A stretch of DNA of 64,000 nt from Polyangia bacterium (GTDB lineage: Bacteria; Myxococcota_A; Polyangia; Nannocystales; Nannocystaceae): positions 269,992-333,991 of the forward strand of contig JAUIKS010000004.1 of the NCBI GenBank assembly GCA_030430565.1, in the 5' to 3' direction. Position 1 is the stretch's first letter; the number at the start of each line of letters is the position of its first letter. A model generated the notes under the pieces. That model was not told the DNA's origin. It saw nothing but the letters and a program-made list of their open reading frames with translations, and did not search any database. The position numbers were made by a program, and so were the translations under genes. Below are positions 18,698 to 27,087 of this stretch, piece by piece.

Positions 18698-19417
18698 GTG
18701 ATGCGCGAGTTCGACGACCGCTACTGGCACGCCGCGAGGCGTCGAATCGCTACGCTCGCCTCGCTCGACCCACGGCGCGAGCTCGTGTTCGCCAGCGAGT
18801 CGCACGACTACCGGGTGCTCGATCCCGTATCGGAGCAGCAACTAGCGAACTTCGAACGCGCCAGCGCCAATCGCCTGCCCCACGACTACCGAGCGTTCCT
18901 GCTGCACTACGGCGCGGGCGGAGCGGGGCCGGACTACGGGATCTACGACTTCCATCACCTCGATCGAGCCAACGTATCCCTTCGCTTCCCGCTCACCGCC
19001 ACGCAGGACTGGCCTGAAGACGGTCGAGATCCGCTCTGGAAGCGCCCTGGTCTGTTAACAATCTCCACATCAGGCTGCGCGATCGACTGGTACCTCGAGG
19101 TCAACGGTCCGCAACCCGGCACCATGTGGGTCAACGCGGGCCCCGGCGAGCAGCTCATGCGCACCGAGTCGTTCGGCGCGTGGTTCAGCGATTGGCTCGA
19201 TCGAGTCGAGCGCGGAGTGCACGCGCACGTCGTGATCCGGAGGCTGGTCGAGCGCGGCGCCGGATTCACCGAGATCGCCGCGTCCATCGACGCGAAATCC
19301 TACTCGTTTCACGCGTGCGGCGTCGACTACGTAGGTTTTCTGGGGATACCTGGCCGCCTGCAGATCGCCGACGATCGCGTCGTCCAGCTTGATGTCGGCA
19401 CCTCGTGGATCGAATGA
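18698..19417 (+). CDS. SMI1/KNR4-family (SUKH superfamily) protein, putative polymorphic-toxin immunity protein
   Basis: Hallmark SMI1/KNR4 motif LPHDYRAFLLHYGAGG....GIYDF. No toxin gene is adjacent. Confidence 0.75.
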   Translation: MMREFDDRYWHAARRRIATLASLDPRRELVFASESHDYRVLDPVSEQQLANFERASANRLPHDYRAFLLHYGAGGAGPDYGIYDFHHLDRANVSLRFPLTATQDWPEDGRDPLWKRPGLLTISTSGCAIDWYLEVNGPQPGTMWVNAGPGEQLMRTESFGAWFSDWLDRVERGVHAHVVIRRLVERGAGFTEIAASIDAKSYSFHACGVDYVGFLGIPGRLQIADDRVVQLDVGTSWIE

Positions 19418-19661
19418 AAGCCGTCGCCGCACGACGCCTCCGCGCAGGTGTAGAGGCAGAGCGCTGGTCAGCGGGGGGGGAGCTGTAGATGCCAAACGCA
19501 GGATCAGGGACGGTGGGCGTGCTCGTCGGGCGCTGGCGTCTTCGCGGGGGGCGTACCTTCTCTATCGCCCGTGGAAGGGCGCGTCGGCGCGCTGTGGGAG
19601 AACGGCGGCGGGATCCACCGCGTGACCAACGACGAGCCCGTCCGGCCATGAGCAGCAGCTG

Positions 19662-22600
19662 CTAGCCACCCGGCAGCAGCGGCTCGCAGATCGCGGCCGC
19701 GTCGGGGTAGCGCTCGCCGAGGCGCTTGAGGCGCTGACACCCGATCCGTGTTAGCGCGGAGGGGGGGATTGGCCACGTCGAGCGACCGTCGGGCTCGCGC
19801 AGCACGATGCGGTCCGCGAGGTCCACGAGCAGCGCGCCGGAGGTCGGGTCCCAGATCTTCGCGGTCTTGTCTTTGCCGGCGGAGATCAGGAACCGGTCGT
19901 CCGGCGAGAAGTCAAGCGCGGTAATGTCGATCTCGTGGCCCGCGAGCGTCGCTATCGGGGAGCCGGTGGAGGCGTCCCATACGCGCACCATGTTGTCCTG
20001 CCCCGCGGTCGCGATGCGTGCGCCGTCCCCCGAGTAGACCACGGTGGTGACCGCGTTCGTGTGTCCCTTCAGGGTGGCGACCGGTAGTCCCGAGGCCACG
20101 TCCCAGATCCGCGCGGTCGAGTCGAAGCTCGCGGTCGCGATGCGTGCGCCGTCCGGCGAGAAGGTCACCGATCGGACCACATCCTGGTGTCCGCTCAGCT
20201 CGTTGATGAGCTCGCCGGTGGAGGCGCTCCAGACCCGCGCGGAACGGTCCGCGCTGCCGGTCGCTACGCGCGTGCCGTCCGGTGATACAGCCAGGGCCCA
20301 GATAGCGTTCTCGTGGCCGGTGAGCGTGGCCACGGACTCGCCCGAGCGGGCGTCCCAGATCCGCGCGGTCTTGTCGAAGCCCACGGTGAAGAGGCGAGCG
20401 TCGTCCGGTGAGAAGGCCGTCCGCCAGACGACCCACTCGTGGCCCGAGAGCGTCGACTGGAGCTCGCCCGTTCGCGCGTCCCAGATCCGCGCGGTGCCGT
20501 CCACGCCAGTGGACGCGAGCCGGTCGCCGGCGTGAGAGAACACGACCGATATGACCTCGCCCTCGTGACCGGTGAGCACAGCTAGTGACGCGCCGGTGGC
20601 CACGTCCCAGATCCGCGCCGTGCCGTCGTCACTGGCGGTAGCGAGGCGGGCGCCATCCGGTGACATGGCCATGTTCGTGATGCCCTTGATCGGGCCGCGT
20701 AGCTTCATCAGCGGCGCACCCGAGGCGGCGTCCCAGATCCTCACGGTGTCGTCGCGGCCAGCGGTAGCGACGCGGGCGCTGTCCGGAAAGAATATCGCCG
20801 CGAAGACGGTGTGCTCGTGCGCCCGCGCTGTGGTGACCACCTCGTCGATGCTCGGGCTCCAGATACGGACCGTCTTGTCCTGACTACCGGTAGCGATGTG
20901 AGAGCCATCCGGTGAGTAGGTCAGCGCGAACAGGTTAGAGCTGTGGCCGCGGAGGGTGGCCACGGCCCGGCCCGAGCGGGCGTCCCAAACCCGCGCCGTC
21001 CGATCGAAGCCCGCGGTCGCAATATGGGCGCCGTCCGGTGAGTAGGCGATCGCGGTGACGAATTTGTCATGGCCCGAGAGCGTGGCGATCGGCTGGCCGG
21101 TGGTGGCGTCCCAGATCCGCGCGGTCGAGTCGAAGCTCGCGGTAGCGATGCGGGCGCTGTCTGGCGCGAAGGCCAGCTTCTCGACGCGGTTTTGGTGGCC
21201 GCGGAGCGTGGTGACGAGGCGACCCGAGGGCAGCTCCCAGACGCGCGCGGTGCTGTCCCCGCTCGCGGTCGCGACGCGGGCGCTGTCCGGTGAGAACGCG
21301 AGCGCCGGGATCGATTCGTCATGACCGCGGAGCGTGGCCACAGGCCGGCCCGAGGCCGCGTCCCAGATGCGCGCCGTGGTGTCCCGACTGCCGGTGACGA
21401 GATGGGCGCCGTCGGGCGAATAGGCCACCGTCACGACCGCGTCCTCATGACCGCGGAGCGTAGCGACCAGGCGGCCGGTGGCCACGTCCCAGATGCGCGC
21501 CGTCTTGTCCTCGCTGGCGGTCGTGACGCGGGCGCCGTCCGGGGCGTAGGCCAGCGTCCAGACGCGGCTCTCATGGCCACGGAGCGTCGTGATCGGCGCG
21601 CCGGTGCGGGCGTCCCAGATCCTCGCGGTGTGGTCGAAGGCCGCGGTCGCGAGGCGGGCGCCGTCCGGAGAGAAGGCGACGCCCCAGACCTCCTCCTCGT
21701 GGCCCTCGATCGTGGCGATGACCTGGCCGGTCGCCGCGTCCCAAATGCGCGCCGTGTGATCCCCGCTCGCGGTCGCGAGGCGGGCGCCGTCGGGTGAGTA
21801 CGCGAGCGCCCAGATGTCGCGATCGTGTCCCTCGAGGGTGAGCGTCGGGGTGATGATCTGGGCGTCGTTCGCGAGCACGTGCGCGAGCGCGTCGGTGGCC
21901 TCGGGCGGCGGCGGCGACTCCCACTCCGGCGCGTAGGCGCCGACGGCCTGGACCGCGAGCGCGAGCGCCTCGCCCTCGCGGTTCTCGGGGATCAGCATCT
22001 TCGCCCGCAGCCCGCGCTGGGCGCTGAGCAGCCGCTTCTGCGCGCGCTTCTCGGCGTCGAGCTGCGCGTACTGCTGCTCGACGAGGCGCTTTTGCTGCTC
22101 GACGGTCTGCTTCTCGCTCCGCAGATCTCGCTCGCTGGCGACGGCGCGACGCCACTGGACGGCCGCGAGCGCGCTGAGCACCCCCATGACGATCAGCCCA
22201 GAGGCGAGCGCCGCCACCATGCGCCGCGCGCGGGCCCATCGCTGCTGACCCTCGATCGTCTCGATCAGCACGCGCACGGATTCGAAGCGTCGCGCGGGGT
22301 GGGTCTCGAGCGCGCGCTCGAGCGCGCGGCGCAGCCAGGCCGGGACGCTGCTGCCCGAAGGAGCAGGTCTTCGCTGACCGGTCGTGACCGCGCGCTTGAG
22401 CTCGGCGAAGGTCGCGCCGGCGAAGGCGCGCTCGCCGTAGAGCGCCTCCCACATCGTGAGCGCGAGCGCGAACTCGTCGGTGCGCTCGTCGACGCGGGCG
22501 CCGAGGAATTGCTCGGGGGCCATGTACGACGGCGTGCCGATGACCGCGCCCGCGGCCGTCAGCTCGACGGAGAGCGCGAGCGAGGCCTCGTCGAGGCGCG

Positions 22601-23429
22601 CCTCCTCGATCGCCTCGTCCGAGCGCGCGAGCCCGAAGTCCATGACGCGCGCGCGGCCGTCGTCGTCGACCATGATGTTTTCGGGCTTGATGTCGCGGTG
22701 AAGCAGACCCTCGGCGTGCGCGGCCGCGACGCCCCGCGCCGCCTGCAAGATGACCGAGAGGACTTGTCGCCAGCGCGGCCGCTCGTCCGCGATCCAGGCG
22801 CCGAAGGTGCGCCCCGCGACGAGCTCCATCGAGAGCCAGATCTGCCCGTGGTGCGTGCCGACGTCATGGACCGCGACCACGTTCGGGTGCGCGAGCTTGG
22901 CGAGCGCCTGGGCCTCGCGCTCGAGCCGGATGTTCGCGTCGTTGTGGCCGCCTCGGATCAGCTTGACCGCGACCTCGCGATCGAGGCGCGGATCGTAGGC
23001 GGCGTAGACGATCCCCATGCCGCCCGCGCCGAGCGTGCGCAGGATCCTGAGACGCCCGACGCGCTCGTCGACGGCGAGCGGCGCCTGCGGAGTCTGCGGT
23101 GCGCCGTCGCTCGTGGGGAGGGTGCTCGCGCGGGCGATCGCGGTGGCGACGCTGTCGCCGAGTGACGCCTCGCGCGGCTCGATCGCGCGGGCGGCCGCGA
23201 CCGTGTTGTCGAGCGCGTCGACGCGCGCGGCGACGGTCTTGTCGACGTCGACCGCGATCGCGGCCCCTTGGTGCTCGATGGTCTCGTCGACCGCGTGCTC
23301 GGCGGTGCGGCGGTCGCCGTCGAGCGTCGGCTCGTGCGCCGGAGGTCGCCGGGACGCGCTGGCGCGAGGTGACGCGCGACGCCGCGGCGTGACGCGCGTG
23401 GCGTCGACCTGGTCGGAACTATCTGCCAC
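19662..23429 (-). CDS. Ser/Thr protein kinase fused to a long WD40 beta-propeller array (1255 aa)
   Basis: Kinase motifs: Gly-rich loop GAGGMGIVY, VAVK lysine, catalytic loop HRDIKPENIM, DFGLA, APE. A TM segment follows. More than 14 WD40 repeats carry recurring TARIWD/SGH motifs. Confidence 0.85.
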   Translation of the reverse strand: MADSSDQVDATRVTPRRRASPRASASRRPPAHEPTLDGDRRTAEHAVDETIEHQGAAIAVDVDKTVAARVDALDNTVAAARAIEPREASLGDSVATAIARASTLPTSDGAPQTPQAPLAVDERVGRLRILRTLGAGGMGIVYAAYDPRLDREVAVKLIRGGHNDANIRLEREAQALAKLAHPNVVAVHDVGTHHGQIWLSMELVAGRTFGAWIADERPRWRQVLSVILQAARGVAAAHAEGLLHRDIKPENIMVDDDGRARVMDFGLARSDEAIEEARLDEASLALSVELTAAGAVIGTPSYMAPEQFLGARVDERTDEFALALTMWEALYGERAFAGATFAELKRAVTTGQRRPAPSGSSVPAWLRRALERALETHPARRFESVRVLIETIEGQQRWARARRMVAALASGLIVMGVLSALAAVQWRRAVASERDLRSEKQTVEQQKRLVEQQYAQLDAEKRAQKRLLSAQRGLRAKMLIPENREGEALALAVQAVGAYAPEWESPPPPEATDALAHVLANDAQIITPTLTLEGHDRDIWALAYSPDGARLATASGDHTARIWDAATGQVIATIEGHEEEVWGVAFSPDGARLATAAFDHTARIWDARTGAPITTLRGHESRVWTLAYAPDGARVTTASEDKTARIWDVATGRLVATLRGHEDAVVTVAYSPDGAHLVTGSRDTTARIWDAASGRPVATLRGHDESIPALAFSPDSARVATASGDSTARVWELPSGRLVTTLRGHQNRVEKLAFAPDSARIATASFDSTARIWDATTGQPIATLSGHDKFVTAIAYSPDGAHIATAGFDRTARVWDARSGRAVATLRGHSSNLFALTYSPDGSHIATGSQDKTVRIWSPSIDEVVTTARAHEHTVFAAIFFPDSARVATAGRDDTVRIWDAASGAPLMKLRGPIKGITNMAMSPDGARLATASDDGTARIWDVATGASLAVLTGHEGEVISVVFSHAGDRLASTGVDGTARIWDARTGELQSTLSGHEWVVWRTAFSPDDARLFTVGFDKTARIWDARSGESVATLTGHENAIWALAVSPDGTRVATGSADRSARVWSASTGELINELSGHQDVVRSVTFSPDGARIATASFDSTARIWDVASGLPVATLKGHTNAVTTVVYSGDGARIATAGQDNMVRVWDASTGSPIATLAGHEIDITALDFSPDDRFLISAGKDKTAKIWDPTSGALLVDLADRIVLREPDGRSTWPIPPSALTRIGCQRLKRLGERYPDAAAICEPLLPGG

Positions 23430-23573
23430 CCCTCACAACTGTGTCATGGGAGGTAGGTGCGGCGGGGGCCGAGCTCGCCCCGCGGGCGCTCGCGCGAATC
23501 AGCGCGGCCGATGCCGCGCGTCCACGACCCGGCGCCGCGCGGGCGCGACGAGCTCGCGCGAGGGCCTCGCGGT

Positions 23574-24896
23574 TCACGGCAAGGGCTTGACGCGCGACGC
23601 GTAGCGGTCGTCGTCGCGGGCTCGGACCACCGCGTCGTCGAACAGCGCCAAGATCATCCGCAGCCGCGCCGAGCCGGGATCGTTCGGGCGCTCGCGGACC
23701 GCCGCGCGCACGGCCGCGTGGGTCACGAGCAGGGTCCGCTCGAGGGTGAGCGCGGCGGCCTCGTCGTCCGCGAGCGCGCGGCGGAGCAGGGCGTCGACCG
23801 CAGCTCGTGGAGCGCTCTTCTGCGCGCTCTTCTGCGCGCTCTTCTGCGCGCTCTTCTGCGCGCTCTTCTGCGCGCTCTTCTGCGCGCTCTTCTGCGCGCT
23901 CGTCCCGAGCAGCGTCGGCAGCTGCCAGCTCGTGAGCTGCTGACCGGCGGGGATCGTCAGCGCGCCGAGGTCGGGGTGCTCCAGCGTGACGGCCGCTTTG
24001 CCGGTCTCGATCATGTCGAGGCGACCGAGCCGCGCGCGCTCACCCGGCGCGGCGCTGGACTCCGCGCCGTCACGGATCACGGTGAGCGGCGCGGAGCCTG
24101 GCGCGACGGTCAGCTCGATGATCACGCTGCGCGACCAGGTGCCGGCGTCGGCGCGGTTGAGGTGACGCGCCAGCGCGGCGCTGACCATCGCGTCGCGTCG
24201 GCGCTCGCGCCAGCCGGGGGGCGGCGCGGCCTTGCTGCGCCACGGCACGAACTCGACGTCGCGCAGCTCCGCGCGCGCGCGCGTCTGGGCCACGGCGACC
24301 CGCGCGTGGTAGCGCAGGCGCTTCAGCAGCGTGCGCCGAGCGGCGCGCCCCTTCCAGTCGCCGGGCGCGGGCGTGTGCTCGAGGTGTCCCCAGAGGAAGG
24401 CGACGACCCAGTCGTCGAACAGCCCGTGGCCCTCGAGCTCGTCGAGCGCGTCGATCAGCGCGCCGTCGTCGACGGGCGGGGCGGCGCGCCCGGCCGCGCG
24501 AGCGCGGAGCTCGGCGTCGATCAGCGCGCGCAGCTTGGCCGGGAGGACGCCGGAGAGCGCCCGCTCGACCTCCGCGAGCTCTGGCCCGGCGAGCGTGCGG
24601 CCGTCGTAGAGCACACGCGAGAGCGCGCGGCGGACAACCGGGTCGCGGACGCGGGCGGCGGCCGCCTCGAGCTGGGCCTCGGTGAGCTGGGGTCCGACGC
24701 CCAGCAGGGGCGGGCGCTCGATGTCGGGCAGGCGCGCGGGCTTGGGCGGCGGCGCGGCCTCGACCTCCTCGCCGCCCAGCAGCGCGACCTGCAGCAGCGC
24801 GACGCCGTGGACCAGGCGCGCGCCCCAGCGGCTGCGCAGGACCCGAGCGCGCGGGCGGAGGCGCCGGGCCCAGGGCCGCGAGCGCGCGCCGCTCAC
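23574..24896 (-). CDS. Hypothetical Cys-free protein (about 441 aa) with (SAQK)7 tandem array, overlap-coupled to the radical SAM gene
   Basis: The frame has high GC3 downstream of the rSAM stop. A GTG at 24896 overlaps the rSAM TGA (GTGA). The N-terminal about 30 aa are Arg-rich, so the true start may be further in (e.g. GTG giving VLYDGRTL...). No Cys residues in the whole protein. Confidence 0.5.
   Translation of the reverse strand: MSGARSRPWARRLRPRARVLRSRWGARLVHGVALLQVALLGGEEVEAAPPPKPARLPDIERPPLLGVGPQLTEAQLEAAAARVRDPVVRRALSRVLYDGRTLAGPELAEVERALSGVLPAKLRALIDAELRARAAGRAAPPVDDGALIDALDELEGHGLFDDWVVAFLWGHLEHTPAPGDWKGRAARRTLLKRLRYHARVAVAQTRARAELRDVEFVPWRSKAAPPPGWRERRRDAMVSAALARHLNRADAGTWSRSVIIELTVAPGSAPLTVIRDGAESSAAPGERARLGRLDMIETGKAAVTLEHPDLGALTIPAGQQLTSWQLPTLLGTSAQKSAQKSAQKSAQKSAQKSAQKSAQKSAPRAAVDALLRRALADDEAAALTLERTLLVTHAAVRAAVRERPNDPGSARLRMILALFDDAVVRARDDDRYASRVKPLP
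23812..23895 (-). repeat. Perfect 12-bp tandem repeat gcgctcttctgc x7 (minus strand encodes SAQK x7)
   Basis: Direct reading: seven identical units with no mismatches. Confidence 0.9.
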
Positions 24897-26002
24897 CGTC
24901 CACCCCCGGCGCGCAGGGTCACGAGGCCATCTGACCGTTGGGATAGGTTGGTGCGCGCCGGCAGCAACGGGTCGGCGAAGAACGCCGGGCCGCGGCACGA
25001 GTGGTTGTTGCGGGTCTGCAGCCAGCAGTCGAGGCCGTCCGAGCGCCGCGCGTCGCCGGGCGTGCGGAACGCCGTGAAGCCCTGGGCCCAGATGTCGCGC
25101 AGCCGCCGGTCGCGGATGTTGCCCTGGCTCTCGCGCTTGTCGGTGGTGGTGCAGGGCATGACCTCGCCGGTCGCCGAGACCACGCAGACGAAGCGCCCCG
25201 CGCCGCAGAGGAACGGCTGGTCGCGGTAGAAGCAGTCGTCGGCGCCGGCGCTGCCCCACTCGTTGTCGCACTCGACGTGGATCCGACCGCGCAGTCGCCT
25301 CACGAGCGCGGCCGCGCGCCGCAGCTGCGCGGGCGTAGCGAGCAGCGCCTCGCGGTGGTGGTCGGCGCGCCCCTCGGGCGTCACGAGGTGCAGCCCCCAG
25401 GAGTCGGCGCCGGAGTCGAGGATCGTCGGGATCATGTCGGCGAGCAGGTCGGCGTTCTCGCGCGTCACGGTGGTGCCCGCGACGACCTCGGGGCAGCCGA
25501 TCTGCTTGAGCGCCGCGATCGCGCGCACGGCCGCGTCGAAGCTGCCGGCGCGCCCGCGGAAGCGGTCGTGGTACGCGCGCGGACCGTCGAGGCTGACCGC
25601 GACCATCACCGGCGTGTAGCGCTCGAACAGCGGCAGCAGGTGCTCCACGCGGCCGCCGTGGGTGTGCAGCGCCCAGGGGACGCGGTGGCGCGCGGCGTGG
25701 GCGACGATTCGCTCGAGGTCGCGGCGCAGCAGCGCCTCGCCGCCCGCGATCACGAGGTTGGGGCGATCGAGCGCGACGAGCTCGTCGATGAGCAGCTCGC
25801 AGGCCTCCGCGGCCGTCAGCTCGCCGGGCTCGCGGCGGCCGGCGTGCGAGTAGCAGTGCGGGCACTTGAGGTCGCAGGCCGAGGTGCTGATCCACTGCAC
25901 CGCGTGGGGCGGGCGCGCGTACCCTAGCCGATGGAGCAGCCGCGTCTCGGCCTGCCAGACCGCCGCGGCGTTGCGTGAGAACAGACGGTGGAGCAGTCCC
26001 AT
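24893..26002 (-). CDS. Radical SAM / SPASM-domain peptide-protein maturase (369 aa from ATG; GTG alternative at 26011)
   Basis: CX3CX2C motif ISTSACDLKCPHCYSH. C-terminal SPASM-type Cys cluster CGAGRFVCVVSATGEVMPC ... C ... C. Confidence 0.85.
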   Translation of the reverse strand: MGLLHRLFSRNAAAVWQAETRLLHRLGYARPPHAVQWISTSACDLKCPHCYSHAGRREPGELTAAEACELLIDELVALDRPNLVIAGGEALLRRDLERIVAHAARHRVPWALHTHGGRVEHLLPLFERYTPVMVAVSLDGPRAYHDRFRGRAGSFDAAVRAIAALKQIGCPEVVAGTTVTRENADLLADMIPTILDSGADSWGLHLVTPEGRADHHREALLATPAQLRRAAALVRRLRGRIHVECDNEWGSAGADDCFYRDQPFLCGAGRFVCVVSATGEVMPCTTTDKRESQGNIRDRRLRDIWAQGFTAFRTPGDARRSDGLDCWLQTRNNHSCRGPAFFADPLLPARTNLSQRSDGLVTLRAGGGR

Positions 26003-26338
26003 GCGCTCCACCGTACGTGGTGTTCGCGGCGCGTGGGGGCGCCGCGCGACGCTTTGACGAGAGTTTTACGCGCGCGCGGACCCGCGCGCCGGCGTCGACG
26101 CCTCGCGGCTGCAGGCCGACGAGGCCGCCCAGCTTTTTCCGCGCGGGCGGATAATTTTCGCTTCGGTGGTGACTCCTCTCTCAGAGGCGTGAAGACGCGT
26201 AACAACACTGGCCCGGCCGCCAATGGGTCTCTCGAGCGGTCTGGCCGTTATGGCCAAGAGGCCACGTTCTCCGCGGCTCGCGTCTCGGAGCGTCGAGCTC
26301 CGGTGAGCGTGACGGCGACTGGGGGGTCAGCCGTCACC

Positions 26339-26971
26339 TCACCGGGCCTCGTCGATCTTGTCGCGCAGCTGCCGGGCCCAGCCGGCGAGGTCGGTCATCG
26401 TCGAACGATACTCCTCGGGGCTCGCCGAGAGCCGCTCGACGATCACTGCGAGCCGCTCTTTGCCGCGGCGCAGGCGGCTGTGCACGGTCCCGGTCGGGAT
26501 CCCGAGCAGCTCCCCGATCGCGCGGCCGGTCAGGCCCTCGAACATGTTGAGCTCGAGCGCGATCTGGTACTCGATCGGGATCGAGCGCAGCGCCTGGACC
26601 AGCAGGGTGGTCTCGCGCTTCTTCGCGATCATCGAGGTCATCGTGTGCGCGCGATCGAGGTCGGCGGTGCAGAAGTCGACGAAGTCGTCGCGCTCGCGCC
26701 CGCGCTTTCGCTTCTTGCGGTAGTAGCCGCGCAGCTGGTTGAGCGCCGTCGCGAACAGGTAGCTGCGGAAGCTCTTCCCCTTGCGGATGCTCTCCTTGTT
26801 CTTCGTGCAGGCGAGCAGCGTCTCGGAGATCAGGTCCGCGACATCCTCGGGGTCCGCGACCTTGTTGTGGAAGAAGCGCGAGAGGATGCCGAAGTAGCGC
26901 TCCAGCAGCTTATTGCCGGAGCGCTTGTCACCGCTGATCCAGCGCTCGAGGAGCTCCCAGTCTTCCTCCAT
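26339..26971 (-). CDS. ECF-family RNA polymerase sigma factor (sigma-70 regions 2 and 4)
   Basis: Region 2: ISETLLACTK...YLFATALNQLRGYYRKK. Region 4: YQIALELNMFEGLTGRAIGELLGIPTGTVHSRLRRGKERL. Confidence 0.85.
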   Translation of the reverse strand: MEEDWELLERWISGDKRSGNKLLERYFGILSRFFHNKVADPEDVADLISETLLACTKNKESIRKGKSFRSYLFATALNQLRGYYRKKRKRGRERDDFVDFCTADLDRAHTMTSMIAKKRETTLLVQALRSIPIEYQIALELNMFEGLTGRAIGELLGIPTGTVHSRLRRGKERLAVIVERLSASPEEYRSTMTDLAGWARQLRDKIDEAR

Positions 26972-27087
26972 GCCGGCAGCGTATCAGATCGCCCGCGGGC
27001 TCGCCTCGCGGGAGTTGAGCGCGACCCCGCGGCGGCACCACTCGAGCAACGCGCGCGCGGCCCCGCGGCGGCGCGGCGAGGTGCGGC

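Noticed and set aside
26066-26257. 63-aa ORF upstream of the radical SAM gene as a possible RiPP precursor peptide
   Set aside because: It has a TTG start and is full of AT-ending codons (ata, aga, att, gtt, ctt, tct, gga, aaa) foreign to this genome. There is no Cys/Ser/Thr-rich core and no leader-like motif. It is more likely untranslated leader or promoter DNA, so it is kept only as a low-priority test.
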